The notes beneath the pieces are model-generated. The model worked only from the letters and a program-made list of their open reading frames with translations. It did no database searches and was not told the DNA's origin. Source: Bacteroidales bacterium (GTDB lineage Bacteria; Bacteroidota; Bacteroidia; Bacteroidales; UBA7332). From it: a stretch of DNA of 64,000 nt. The position numbers were made by a program, and so were the translations under genes. The stretch spans positions 17,995 through 81,994 of the forward strand of contig JBOFUP010000072.1 of the NCBI GenBank assembly GCA_051652645.1, written 5' to 3'. The number at the start of each line of letters is the position of its first letter. Position 1 is the first letter of the stretch. Of the stretch, positions 1-10,288 are shown one piece after another.

Positions 1-194
1 AAGTTTGTGCAGCGGTGAGTAACAAACATGTCGAACTCCTCGAAACTACCCTCATCAAGTAGCATATCGATTCTCTCACGAGCAGTGTATTTACCTTTTT
101 TGTGCTGAGAAGCAATTCTCTTCTCTCCACCACCTAAGCGAGCTTTTTCTCTTAGTTGAATCAGCTCTTTAACCTTTTCCAGTTGATGACTCAT
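1..194 (-). CDS. Acyl-CoA carboxyltransferase beta subunit (methylmalonyl-CoA decarboxylase alpha / propionyl-CoA carboxylase beta type), N-terminal fragment running off the window
   Basis: My translation of the minus strand from the ATG at 192-194 gives [64 protein letters not shown]. This is the typical N-terminus of the carboxyltransferase family. It lies directly downstream of the epimerase gene. Confidence 0.8.
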   Translation of the reverse strand, partial: MSHQLEKVKELIQLREKARLGGGEKRIASQHKKGKYTARERIDMLLDEGSFEEFDMFVTHRCTN

Positions 195-243
195 GTCGAT
201 TAGATTTGTTTAGTTTTTTTCTAGTATATATACGGTCAATTTA

Positions 244-654
244 TTATTTGTTAGGATCTTGACAAAGTTCAGTCAAAACACTAGCAGTAGATTTTGGATG
301 AAGGAATGCGATATTCATACCCTCAGCACCTTTGCGTGGAGCCTTGTCAATAAGTTGTACTCCTTGCTCTTCACAATGAGCCAAAGCACCAACTAGATCA
401 TCCGTAGCAAAAGCGATATGATGTATACCTTCTCCCTTCTTCTCGATAAACTTAGCGATGGGACTCTCTTCTGATGTAGCTTCAAGAAGTTCAATCTTAG
501 TCTGCCCAACCATAAAGAATGCAGTCTTAACTTTTTGGTCAACCACCTCTTCTACTGCGTAGCACTTAAGACCTAATACCTTCTCATAATAAGGAATTGA
601 TGCTTCAATACTCTTCACAGCGATACCCAAATGCTCAATATGCGTTAAGTTCAT
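244..654 (-). CDS. mce: Methylmalonyl-CoA epimerase (glyoxalase/VOC fold)
   Basis: 136 aa. The sequence IEHLGIAV...GIHHIAFATDD...NIAFLHPKS matches the VOC-fold epimerase pattern. It sits next to the carboxyltransferase gene. Confidence 0.85.
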   Translation of the reverse strand: MNLTHIEHLGIAVKSIEASIPYYEKVLGLKCYAVEEVVDQKVKTAFFMVGQTKIELLEATSEESPIAKFIEKKGEGIHHIAFATDDLVGALAHCEEQGVQLIDKAPRKGAEGMNIAFLHPKSTASVLTELCQDPNK

Positions 655-828
655 AGCTAATAAAATTATTGTTTTTAGTAATCATTTATATACCCTACAA
701 ATGTATCTGTTTTGAATTGAAACAAAAATATTTTGACAATAAAAATAGAGTTATTCACTCTTTTTTTTAGACACATATGCCTAAAGCTTAGGGGACATGC
801 TATCTCTAGGTTACAAAATGAAACATAA

Positions 829-877
829 AAGCCGAAGGGGCTGTTTTGCATTTGCTACAAAACAGCCCCTTCGGCTT
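829..877. terminator. Stem-loop downstream of the ROK kinase gene
   Basis: Perfect 19-bp arms: aagccgaaggggctgtttt / aaaacagccccttcggctt. Confidence 0.6.
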
Positions 878-926
878 ACTTATATGATAATATATCAAAT
901 ATATATCTATCAGAATGGTCTAAAAA

Positions 927-1886
927 TCACTTTCCTTCCCAACCTAATGCACTAGCACCAAGTACAGCTGCATCACTCTCCTTCATTTCAGAGAAAAGAA
1001 TTTTCACTTTATTGCGGTAAGCAGGAAGAAGGTTCTTCTCCATACTCTTGCGTATTGGATCTAGAATCATATTGCCAGCCTTTGCCAATCCTCCGAATAG
1101 GATGAATGCCTCTGGGCTAGAGAAAGCCACAAAATCAGCGAATGCTTCACCAAGAATATTGCCTGTAAAAGCAAAAATCTCTAGCGCCAACTTATCACCC
1201 TTAGCGGCTGCATCAAATACATGCTTAGATGTAATATCTTGATCTGGAATAAGACGAAGAAGTGACTCATCTGAACGTAGCTCCAACATCTCGCGTGCTG
1301 TGCGCGCAACTCCTGTTGCTGAAGTATATGTTTCAAGACACCCCGTACGACCACATCCACAAAGACGACCGTTATTACGACGTACAGTCACGTGACCTAG
1401 TTCACCAGCGTAGCTGTCATGACCATACACGAGCTGACCGTTAGCTACGATACCACTACCAACACCAGTACCTAGTGTGATCATGATAAAATCTTTCATC
1501 CCACGAGCTGCACCATAGGTCATCTCCCCAATAGCAGCGGCGTTAGCATCGTTAGTCAACGTAGCAGGCACACCAAGACGAGCAGTAATCATCTTCGTAA
1601 GATTAATAACCCCTTTCCAAGGAAGGTTTGCTGCAAACTCGATTGTTCCTTTAAAATAATTCCCATTAGGTGCACCAATACCAACACCTTTAATCTTATC
1701 TATACCACCAACTTTTTCAACAAGGCAGGTAATACGACCACATAACTCATTTACGTAGTCTTCAATTTCAAAATAAGCTTGAGTCTTAATAGAGTCGCTA
1801 CTTAGTATTGCTCCGCGAGCATCCACTATACCGAATACAGTGTTTGTTCCACCGATATCAATACCTACAACATATGGTTTGTCCAT
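927..1886 (-). CDS. ROK family sugar kinase (glucokinase-like)
   Basis: It has the N-terminal ATP-binding motif GIDIGGTN. It also has the ROK zinc motif GHxxxxxxGRLCGCGRTGCLE. Confidence 0.85.
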   Translation of the reverse strand: MDKPYVVGIDIGGTNTVFGIVDARGAILSSDSIKTQAYFEIEDYVNELCGRITCLVEKVGGIDKIKGVGIGAPNGNYFKGTIEFAANLPWKGVINLTKMITARLGVPATLTNDANAAAIGEMTYGAARGMKDFIMITLGTGVGSGIVANGQLVYGHDSYAGELGHVTVRRNNGRLCGCGRTGCLETYTSATGVARTAREMLELRSDESLLRLIPDQDITSKHVFDAAAKGDKLALEIFAFTGNILGEAFADFVAFSSPEAFILFGGLAKAGNMILDPIRKSMEKNLLPAYRNKVKILFSEMKESDAAVLGASALGWEGK

Positions 1887-2008
1887 TAGGCTTATACAAG
1901 TTAGTTAATAATAGATTTGAGTTTTTTCGTGGACAAAGATAACGATATTTTTGAGATACTTTTTATCCAACTCAACAAAAATGAGTTGCTTTAGAGCTAT
2001 AAAAGTGT

Positions 2009-2016
2009 TATATTTG
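2009..2016 (+). promoter_or_regulatory. Bacteroides-type -7 promoter motif TAnnTTTG
   Basis: TATATTTG lies 44 nt upstream of the ATG at 2060. Confidence 0.4.
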
Positions 2017-2059
2017 TGACAATTAATATTACTAAATATTTTTATCAAAACTATTCACT

Positions 2060-3250
2060 ATGCAAAAGATTCTCTTATTCTCCATCTTCCTCATAGGAGG
2101 ATTGGCCGCCTCTCAGATCCTTCCTGGCCATTTAGGGGATGCTCATTCGACCCTAAAGATGATAACCGATCCTATGCTTTATTTGTGCTTAGCCTTTATC
2201 ATGATCAATGTAGGGCGCGAGTTTCTTATCGACAAAGGACAGATCAAGAGTTATACTTTGGACTACTTCGTGGCAATGGCTACAGCAGCTATGCCTTGGG
2301 TATTCACTTGTATATATTTTATGTTTCTCCTTCCAGAGGGATATTTCACAGATTGGGAAGCATGGAAAGAGAACCTTCTCTTAAGCCGATTTGCTGCTCC
2401 TACCTCTGCTGGTATACTATTCACTATGTTGGCAGCAGCCGGACTCAAAAGTAAATGGATATACAGCAAAGTACAGGTTCTAGCTATCTTTGACGACTTA
2501 GACACTATCCTATTGATGATACCTCTTCAGATAATGATGGTTGGATTCAAATGGCAACTTTTCGTTATTGTGTTCATCGTAACTATGCTTCTTTGGTTGG
2601 GATGGAAATATATGGGTAGACTAAACCTCAAGCAAAACTGGTACTACATTGCACTATACTCTGTACTAACATACGGTGCTACACACTCAATTTACTTGGT
2701 ATCGAAAAGCCTTTATGGTGCTGATGGAGCAATACACATTGAGGTACTTCTTCCAGCATTCGTATTGGGTATGATGATGAATCATAAACACATACACGGC
2801 AAGGTTGAAGAGAAGGTTACTGATTTTGTGTCTTACCTATTCATGCTTCTTGTGGGTATTAGTATGCCACACTTTATCGGCATGGATTCAAATGCTAAGT
2901 TTGATGACCTCCCAGCTACTATAACTTCTTCAATGGAGATGATGAGTTGGGGAACTCTCCTATTCCACGTAGTAATGGTGACGGCTCTCTCGAACATTGG
3001 TAAGATGGTGCCTGTTCTATTCTATCGCGATCGCGACATAAAGGAACGTTTAGCCATATCAATCGGTATGTTTACTCGTGGTGAGGTTGGAGCTGCAATC
3101 ATATTCCTTTCATTAGGTTATGGACTTGGCGGACCACTACTTATCATCTCAGTACTTACTATTGCTCTAAACCTTATACTTACAGGGTTCTTCGTTCTTA
3201 TCGTTCGCAGACTAGCTCTAAGCGTATATGGCGCAACTGAAAAGGCATAA
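2060..3250 (+). CDS. Polytopic membrane protein, cation:proton antiporter (CPA)-like
   Basis: 396 aa with many hydrophobic segments. The motifs AIFDDLDTILL and FAAPTSAG resemble the CPA-family DD and TS motifs. The family assignment is tentative. Confidence 0.45.
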   Translation: MQKILLFSIFLIGGLAASQILPGHLGDAHSTLKMITDPMLYLCLAFIMINVGREFLIDKGQIKSYTLDYFVAMATAAMPWVFTCIYFMFLLPEGYFTDWEAWKENLLLSRFAAPTSAGILFTMLAAAGLKSKWIYSKVQVLAIFDDLDTILLMIPLQIMMVGFKWQLFVIVFIVTMLLWLGWKYMGRLNLKQNWYYIALYSVLTYGATHSIYLVSKSLYGADGAIHIEVLLPAFVLGMMMNHKHIHGKVEEKVTDFVSYLFMLLVGISMPHFIGMDSNAKFDDLPATITSSMEMMSWGTLLFHVVMVTALSNIGKMVPVLFYRDRDIKERLAISIGMFTRGEVGAAIIFLSLGYGLGGPLLIISVLTIALNLILTGFFVLIVRRLALSVYGATEKA

Positions 3251-3286
3251 TCTTGAATATCTAATCAATACCAATACACAACCACG

Positions 3287-3814
3287 ATGAACAATCCATT
3301 TGCAAGACTTCCAAAAGCAGATAGCTTCGAAGTCACAAGCGAGCAGATAGCAGAGGGTGAGAGACTTAAATCAGCTCAACTATCAGCAATCTTTGGAGTT
3401 GAGGGAGGTAAAGACGAATCGCCACAGCTATCATGGTCTGGTTTTCCAGAAAATACTAAAAGCTTTGCTATTACCTGTTTCGACCCAGATGCACCTACCC
3501 AATCAGGATTCTGGCATTGGTCTGTAGTTAATATCCCTGCAACCACTACGGAGATAGCAGCTGGAGCTGGCGACATTGAAGGCTCGAGTCTTCCTCCTGG
3601 AGCCTTTCAACTTCGCAATGACGCTGGCATCAAACGATTCGTTGGAGCGGCACCACCAAAGGGACATGGCGAACATCGATATTTCTTCGTAGTTCATGCT
3701 CTCGATGTTGAGGATCTTGGCGTAAACCAAGAGGCTACACCTGCCTATCTAAACTTTGTTATCTCAGGACACATTCTAGCACGTGCTGTGATAGTTGCAA
3801 CATATGAGATGTAA
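3287..3814 (+). CDS. YbhB/YbcL family Raf-kinase-inhibitor-like (PEBP) protein
   Basis: CFDPDAP...WHW...GHGEHRYFFVVHALD are PEBP signature motifs. Confidence 0.85.
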   Translation: MNNPFARLPKADSFEVTSEQIAEGERLKSAQLSAIFGVEGGKDESPQLSWSGFPENTKSFAITCFDPDAPTQSGFWHWSVVNIPATTTEIAAGAGDIEGSSLPPGAFQLRNDAGIKRFVGAAPPKGHGEHRYFFVVHALDVEDLGVNQEATPAYLNFVISGHILARAVIVATYEM

Positions 3815-3832
3815 ACACACCATAGAATAGAA

Positions 3833-3868
3833 AGAGGCGCAGACCAAATCACAATGGTCTGCGCCTCT
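3833..3868. terminator. Bidirectional stem-loop between convergent genes
   Basis: Arms agaggcgcagacca / tggtctgcgcctct. Confidence 0.6.
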
Positions 3869-3883
3869 TCTATATTAACTTCC

Positions 3884-5872
3884 TTAGAAAGGTATACACA
3901 CTTTGAACCTATACTTTGAAAGTGATGAAACCACAGATATACTACCCTTTAACAGATCAATATATCCTTTTATGAGTGATAGCTTTAAGGCCACTGGCTC
4001 CTCTTCTATTGATGTAATCCCTCCCCTATAACGAACTCTGTTCAAATCACTTATTATTGTAGGTTCAACATAAAGACCCGTTGTTATTATAGTAAAACAA
4101 TAACTAATGGGGGTTATCTCACAACCAATCTGAACACTTCCAGAACTATTATACTTGAGTATGATAATCATTAAATTTCGAAGAATAGCATAAACCTTAT
4201 CCTTATCATTGCTAGCCTCAATATTCAACAACTCATCTGTAACTATAGCACTGATATCCACTCCACGACTATTCTTTTCGAGTCTAAACTCATCAAGAAG
4301 CATATAGAGTATCTCTCCAATATTAAGAATACCACTACAAGAGATAGCCAAACCTGAATCTATATGCGAGATCTCTACTAGATCATTTATTGTAGAGATC
4401 AACTGATCTCCATTCTGACGAATAATCCTAACAAAAGAGTCACTATCCTCACTCGAAACTTCACCAGCACATACAAGATCTAGAAATCCATATATTATAT
4501 TCAACGGAGTACGTATCTCATGCTGAAGGCTCTCAAGAAAACGACTCTTCATATTACTACTTCGCTCCGCTCTTACCTTTGAAAAGAGCAGCTCCATAGT
4601 CCTCTTATTGTTGGCTATTGCCATACCTATATTGTTTGAAATCGATCTGATAATAGGGATATCCTGTTCAATGAATGGATCACAATCGAAATAATCATCA
4701 ACAACCAATACTCCCCAAAGCTGAGTGTCGACAAAAACGGGAAAGACAAGAAGATTTCTTACTCCATTCGATCTCAAATGATGACCCATGTCACCAGGCA
4801 ACCTTGATGATTCAACTACTATATCCCTATTCTTAATGATATCCTCTAAAAAAGGTAAGAACTCTTCAAACAACACCTCTCCCCTTACAACATCCACTCT
4901 TCCCAAATAATCTTCTCGAGTGTAGGAGTTACGAACAAAAAGGGAATCTCTTCCTTGCAAACCGTCATCTCTCTGATACAAAGAGATACGTCCAAAATTA
5001 GTAGCCTCAACAATAAGTTGGAGCGACTCTGGGATAGTCTCATTCAATGGCCTATCAGAGAGCAATATCTGGCTTACCTCGGATGAAGCATTAAGTATAC
5101 TGTTTAGCCTAAAAATACGATCTTCTGCCTCCTTAATCTTTGTTATGTCCTCTTTTATTGCCACATAATGGGTTATCTCACCATCTAGAAATAGTGGCCA
5201 CACAATGGCTTTCTCCCAATACAACGAACCATCCTTACGCCTATTATGAAACTCACCACGCCATCCCACACCAGAGGATATTGAACTCCACAAATCTTCA
5301 TAAGTTGACCTTGGGGTGTTTCCTGACTTAAGGACACGAGGATTCAAGCCTTTTACCTCTGACTCTTCATAATGAGTAATCTCAGTAAACTGCTTGTTGA
5401 CATACTGTATATTCCCATCAGTATCAGTAATAACAATTACGCTCAAGCTCTGATCTGTCGAAGTAGCCAAGCGTGACAAATAATGCTGCTCCTCAAGAAA
5501 AGTTTTAGGATCAAAGAGATAACCTGAAAATGAGAATACCTCACCGTGAGTATCACGACAAGGCATAACAAAAAGCAGAACCATATTTTCCCTCTGAGCA
5601 TAGCGCTTTGATAAGACTAAAGGGCGTAGCGTAAAAACATCTTCTCGACTTGAAACGCATGATTCAATATGAGACAATATATATTCATGCTCAGATGAAT
5701 CAAAGATATCTAATATAGATTTTGTACTACTCCTCAACTCATCCTTTGAGCATGAGAAAATCTTCTCAACTCCATCACCAATATCAACAATAGGTAAACC
5801 ATAGCTATTAGTCCATTTGAATTCAAGAACTGAGCTATGATTTAACGCCTCCAATAAGTAGTCCATATCCAT
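3884..5872 (-). CDS. PAS/GAF sensor histidine-kinase-like protein with a degenerate ATP-binding domain
   Basis: It has a PAS-like segment (VIVITDTDGNIQYVNKQFTEITHYEESEVKGLNPRVLKSG...WRGEFHNRRKDG). A GAF-like segment follows. The H-box is LQHEIRTPLN. The C-terminal domain lacks canonical N/G1/G2 boxes. Confidence 0.75.
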   Translation of the reverse strand: MDMDYLLEALNHSSVLEFKWTNSYGLPIVDIGDGVEKIFSCSKDELRSSTKSILDIFDSSEHEYILSHIESCVSSREDVFTLRPLVLSKRYAQRENMVLLFVMPCRDTHGEVFSFSGYLFDPKTFLEEQHYLSRLATSTDQSLSVIVITDTDGNIQYVNKQFTEITHYEESEVKGLNPRVLKSGNTPRSTYEDLWSSISSGVGWRGEFHNRRKDGSLYWEKAIVWPLFLDGEITHYVAIKEDITKIKEAEDRIFRLNSILNASSEVSQILLSDRPLNETIPESLQLIVEATNFGRISLYQRDDGLQGRDSLFVRNSYTREDYLGRVDVVRGEVLFEEFLPFLEDIIKNRDIVVESSRLPGDMGHHLRSNGVRNLLVFPVFVDTQLWGVLVVDDYFDCDPFIEQDIPIIRSISNNIGMAIANNKRTMELLFSKVRAERSSNMKSRFLESLQHEIRTPLNIIYGFLDLVCAGEVSSEDSDSFVRIIRQNGDQLISTINDLVEISHIDSGLAISCSGILNIGEILYMLLDEFRLEKNSRGVDISAIVTDELLNIEASNDKDKVYAILRNLMIIILKYNSSGSVQIGCEITPISYCFTIITTGLYVEPTIISDLNRVRYRGGITSIEEEPVALKLSLIKGYIDLLKGSISVVSSLSKYRFKVCIPF

Positions 5873-5979
5873 TTATTAAAAACAGCGACAGAAACAGTTA
5901 TAATCGACACACCATGAAATATCTCATACAACTGCTTCTATCGCTTTATGATTTACCCCTCAAAATTGAGCGGAAATTA

Positions 5980-7170
5980 TCAAATAACCTTCAGCTCCTT
6001 GCCTACTGCTATAAAAGCATCTACGCACCTCTCAAGATCTTGACGAGAATGCGCCGCTGATAGCTGAACACGAATACGAGCTTGCTCTTTCGGGACTACT
6101 GGATAATAGAATCCTATCACATATATCCCATGCTCCAACATCTTTGCTGCAAATTCCTGCGATAATTTAGCATCGTAAAGCATTACAGCACATATGGCTG
6201 ATTGTGTTGGTTTGATATCAAACCCAGCCTCCAACATACGACTACGGAAGTAGTCTACATTCTCTGCAAGCTGTGTATGCAACTCGTCACTCTCCCCTAA
6301 CATCTTAAACACTTCTAGAGAAGCTCCTACAACAGCCGGAGGAATAGAGTTTGAGAAAAGATAAGGACGTGAACGTTGACGAAGAAGCTCGATTATCTCT
6401 TTACGTCCTGTAGTAAAGCCACCAATTGCACCACCGAAAGCTTTACCCAAGGTCCCTGTATAGATATCAATCTTTCCATAAACATCAAATTGCTCACTAA
6501 CTCCTCGTCCACTCTTGCCCACTACACCTGCCGAGTGACACTCGTCAACCATCACTAAGGCATTATACTTCTCAGCCAAAGCACAAATCTTATCCATCGG
6601 AGCAACGTTGCCATCCATAGAGAAGACTCCATCGGTTACGATAATACGGAATCTTTGAGCTTGTGATTCAATAAGAACGCGCTCAAGATCAGCCATATCA
6701 GCATTATTATATCTATATCTCTTTGCCTTACATAGGCGAACTCCATCGATGATTGATGCATGATTTAGCGAGTCCGAGATGATCGCATCCTCTTCTGTAA
6801 AGCATGGTTCGAAAACTCCACCATTGGCATCAAAACAAGCTGCATAGAGTATCGTATCTTCTGTACCAAAGTAACCAGAGATTGCACACTCTAGCTCCTT
6901 GTGTATATCTTGTGTACCACAAATAAATCGAACTGATGACATCCCATAACCATGACTATCCATCGCTCGCTTTGCAGCCTCAACCACTCTAGGATGATCA
7001 GAGAGACCAAGATAATTATTCGCACAGAAGTTTAGCACCGGCAACTCTCTGCCTTGAATTGATATCTCCGCACGCTGAGGCGTAGTAATAACCCTCTCTC
7101 TCTTATAAAGACCAGCCTGCTCAATGGCTTGCAATTCAGCAGCCAGATGGTTTTTCATTTCTCCAAACAT
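5980..7170 (-). CDS. kbl: Glycine C-acetyltransferase (2-amino-3-ketobutyrate CoA ligase)
   Basis: 396 aa. It shows the class II aminotransferase pattern NNYLGL...DECHS...GTLGKA and is paired with a threonine dehydrogenase gene. Confidence 0.9.
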   Translation of the reverse strand: MFGEMKNHLAAELQAIEQAGLYKRERVITTPQRAEISIQGRELPVLNFCANNYLGLSDHPRVVEAAKRAMDSHGYGMSSVRFICGTQDIHKELECAISGYFGTEDTILYAACFDANGGVFEPCFTEEDAIISDSLNHASIIDGVRLCKAKRYRYNNADMADLERVLIESQAQRFRIIVTDGVFSMDGNVAPMDKICALAEKYNALVMVDECHSAGVVGKSGRGVSEQFDVYGKIDIYTGTLGKAFGGAIGGFTTGRKEIIELLRQRSRPYLFSNSIPPAVVGASLEVFKMLGESDELHTQLAENVDYFRSRMLEAGFDIKPTQSAICAVMLYDAKLSQEFAAKMLEHGIYVIGFYYPVVPKEQARIRVQLSAAHSRQDLERCVDAFIAVGKELKVI

Positions 7171-7191
7171 AATATTATATTATCTTTTTTA

Positions 7192-8154
7192 TCACAGTTT
7201 GATTTCATATTTCTCTCTAAGCTTAGCTATCATGTCAATAGACATCCTCTCCAAGTCAAACTTAGGATTCCAACCCCACTCCTCACGTGCACAAGTATCA
7301 TCAATAGAGTTTGGCCAAGAGTTCGCTATCGTCTGACGAAGCTCATCTATCTGATACTCCATTTCAAAACCAGGAACAAGTTTCTTTACCTGAGCAGCTA
7401 TCTGCTCTGGATCAAAACTCATTGCAGTGACATTAAATGAATTGCGGTGAATTAGTTTTGATGGATCTGCCTCCATAAGATCTATAGCAGCATCCAATGC
7501 ATCTGGCATATACATCATATCCATATATGTGCCAGCCGAAAGAGGACATATAAACTTCTCTCCCTTAACTGCTGAGTAATAAATATCCACAGCATAGTCT
7601 GTGGTTCCACCTCCCGGAGGAGTCACATACGACACTAAACCTGGGAAACGCACAGAACGTGTATCAACTCCATACTTATTAAAGTAATAGTCACTCAACA
7701 TCTCTGTTGTAACTTTTGAAATCCCATATATAGTACTTGGACGCTGAATAGTATCTTGAGGTGTTTTATCCTTTGGCGAACTCTCACCGAAAGCCCCGAT
7801 AGAACTTGGCGTAAATACAGCACATCCCTTCTCACGAGCAAGCTCCAAAAGGTTAAGTACTCCATCAATTTGTATCTGCCATGCTAGTAGAGGTTTCTGC
7901 TCACCAACAGCCGACAGTAGTGCCGCAAGATTATATATTGCGTCGATCTTATATTTATCAACTACCTGGGCTATCTGCTCTCTATTCATAACATCAACTA
8001 TAGCCGACGGACCACCTGCCATCAACTCCTCAGAAAGTGGAGCTGAAGCCAAATGCCCTGCCACCACGTGGTTCTTGCCATAGCGTCGTCTCAACTCACT
8101 TGTCAATTCTGAACCTATCTGACCAGTAGCTCCAATTACCAATATGTTTTTCAT
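7192..8154 (-). CDS. tdh: L-threonine 3-dehydrogenase, NAD-dependent epimerase/SDR-type
   Basis: It has a GATGQIGS Rossmann motif and YxxxK (YGISK). It lies immediately upstream of kbl on the same strand. Confidence 0.75.
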   Translation of the reverse strand: MKNILVIGATGQIGSELTSELRRRYGKNHVVAGHLASAPLSEELMAGGPSAIVDVMNREQIAQVVDKYKIDAIYNLAALLSAVGEQKPLLAWQIQIDGVLNLLELAREKGCAVFTPSSIGAFGESSPKDKTPQDTIQRPSTIYGISKVTTEMLSDYYFNKYGVDTRSVRFPGLVSYVTPPGGGTTDYAVDIYYSAVKGEKFICPLSAGTYMDMMYMPDALDAAIDLMEADPSKLIHRNSFNVTAMSFDPEQIAAQVKKLVPGFEMEYQIDELRQTIANSWPNSIDDTCAREEWGWNPKFDLERMSIDMIAKLREKYEIKL

Positions 8155-8369
8155 AATCCTCTTTCAATGTTTTGTTTATTTACGCTGCAAGATTAATCAA
8201 AAAAAAAGAAATAACACACCCCTAGAAGTGAAAATATGTAAAACAAGTATGAGAAAATAGCTTTATTAATATGAAAAAAGTAACAATTTGTTATTACAAT
8301 GCATCACTTTACTCTCAATGAAATATAAAAAAGGAGGATGGCTTAGCTTATTGATTAGATAATGCTTAC

Positions 8370-8377
8370 TATATTTG
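8370..8377 (+). promoter_or_regulatory. Bacteroides-type -7 promoter motif
   Basis: TATATTTG lies 23 nt upstream of the ATG at 8400. Confidence 0.4.
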
Positions 8378-8399
8378 CATTAATTAAAATATTACAAAT

Positions 8400-9422
8400 A
8401 TGATACTTATTACAGGTGCAACTGGTCTTGTTGGTGGCCACCTACTAGCACAATTGATTGCTAAAGGCGAAAAATGCCGAGCCTTAAGAAGAAAAAATAG
8501 CTCGCTAGATGAGCTAAAACTCATAGCTAAATACTACAAAATTGAGTTTCAGAAGATAGAAGAAAACACTCAATGGGTTGAAGGTGATATGCTAGACCCT
8601 AAGAGCTTAGAGATAGCAACGCAAGGTATAACAACACTTTACCACTGCGCAGCGGTTGTAGCCTTCGATAATGCCAATCAAAATCGTCTTATGAACGTAA
8701 ATATACAAGGCACAAAACTAATCTGTGAAGCAGCTCTAAAGAACGATGTTAAGCAAATGGTTATGGTAAGCTCAATAGCCTCTCTTGGAAAGAGCAATGA
8801 CGGAGATGAGATTAATGAACAAACACCCAGAGATCTTAATCTTGAATACAACCTCTATAGCCAATCAAAGTATGCATCAGAGCAGGTGGTTTGGGACTAT
8901 ATCTCTCGAGGACTAAATGCCTCAATTGTAAATCCTGGGATAATATTAGGAGTCGGGCTTCTTAATAAAGGAAGCCTACAGATAGTTGAGAAAGCAAGCA
9001 AATGGATTCCAATATACACGAATGGGACCACGGGGTATGTCGACGTAAGGGATGTGGCCAAGAGCATGCAGCGCATTGTAGAACTCAAACAATGGGGAGA
9101 GCGCTTCATCCTTGTGAGTGAAAACCTTAGCTACGGGGATATATTCAAAAAGCTTTCCAAATCACTAGGTACACCAGCTCCATTATTTGGACTTAACAAA
9201 GTAACCCTATCGATAATAGCCTCCATACTATGGCTAATAACAAAACTAACGGGAGCAAGCCCTAGACTTACCCCAGCTATGATACGTTCTGCCACGAGCC
9301 TAAGCTTCTATAGCAATAAAAAAGCCAAAAATATTCTTCAAATTGAGTTTGTCTCGATGAACGAGTCCTCAGCAGACATTGCCAAATGGATAGGTGAAAT
9401 GTCCATCAACAAAAGTAAGTAA
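8400..9422 (+). CDS. NAD-dependent epimerase/dehydratase (extended SDR) family protein
   Basis: It has a GATGLVGG Rossmann motif and YSQSK (YxxxK). Confidence 0.75.
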   Translation: MILITGATGLVGGHLLAQLIAKGEKCRALRRKNSSLDELKLIAKYYKIEFQKIEENTQWVEGDMLDPKSLEIATQGITTLYHCAAVVAFDNANQNRLMNVNIQGTKLICEAALKNDVKQMVMVSSIASLGKSNDGDEINEQTPRDLNLEYNLYSQSKYASEQVVWDYISRGLNASIVNPGIILGVGLLNKGSLQIVEKASKWIPIYTNGTTGYVDVRDVAKSMQRIVELKQWGERFILVSENLSYGDIFKKLSKSLGTPAPLFGLNKVTLSIIASILWLITKLTGASPRLTPAMIRSATSLSFYSNKKAKNILQIEFVSMNESSADIAKWIGEMSINKSK

Positions 9423-9424
9423 TA

Positions 9425-10255
9425 TCACTTAGATAGATTGATGTATTCCTCAATGATGGAATCACTAAAACCTAACTCCTTAGCCTTTATGAAGTCATTG
9501 TATGCAAGTCGTCTCTCATAAAGCTTAAGCCTATTCTTACCTCTAAGAAGATAGATCAGCGCATTATCTGGATCATAATCAAGAGCTAACTTAAGATCCT
9601 CTAGTGATCGAGCATATTTACCCCAAAGGAAATACATCTCGGCACGACGGAAGTATAAGTCTGGATCGCGAGGATTTACTGATAATACTATAGAATAAAG
9701 TCGCTCGGCCTCCTTGTATGCTCCTATATGCGTATTAAGTGAGGCCAACCCTATTCTGGCCTTAGAGCTATTTGGATTCAAAGAAAGCATCTGCTTGAAA
9801 TCATTCGCCGCAGACAACGTATCATTCTTCTCAAGATGCAGCATGCCTCTTGAGTAGAGTGCTTCGCTGCTATTTGGCTCTATCTGAAGTACTGTAGAAT
9901 AATCGTCTAATGCTCCATTCACACTGTCCATCTCCAGATAAAGAGCTGCCCTATTCATTAATATAGCAGATGACCTTGGAGCAAATAGCAAACCCGTTTC
10001 ATACGATTGAAGAGCTTCTCGAAGATTCCCCCTCCTACGCTGTATAGAACCCAAATTATTCAACAACATACCATTCTGAGGGTTAGCTGGCTCTAGCCTT
10101 AATGCTCGTTTGAGACACTCCTCCGCACCAACCCAATCCTCAACATCCGAACACTCAAATGATTGATCTATCCAATCCTGATACCCCTGCGCTGACAGCG
10201 TAGTGATTGCTCCAAAAAGCAGTAGTAGAGACACATACAAATATCTAGTTAACAT
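9425..10255 (-). CDS. Secreted tetratricopeptide (TPR) repeat protein
   Basis: It has an N-terminal signal-like hydrophobic segment. Repeated 34-aa TPR-like units are present (A..Y......P.N..A...). Confidence 0.75.
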   Translation of the reverse strand: MLTRYLYVSLLLLFGAITTLSAQGYQDWIDQSFECSDVEDWVGAEECLKRALRLEPANPQNGMLLNNLGSIQRRRGNLREALQSYETGLLFAPRSSAILMNRAALYLEMDSVNGALDDYSTVLQIEPNSSEALYSRGMLHLEKNDTLSAANDFKQMLSLNPNSSKARIGLASLNTHIGAYKEAERLYSIVLSVNPRDPDLYFRRAEMYFLWGKYARSLEDLKLALDYDPDNALIYLLRGKNRLKLYERRLAYNDFIKAKELGFSDSIIEEYINLSK

Positions 10256-10288
10256 AACTAACCCTATTAATAATTTATTACTCTAAAA

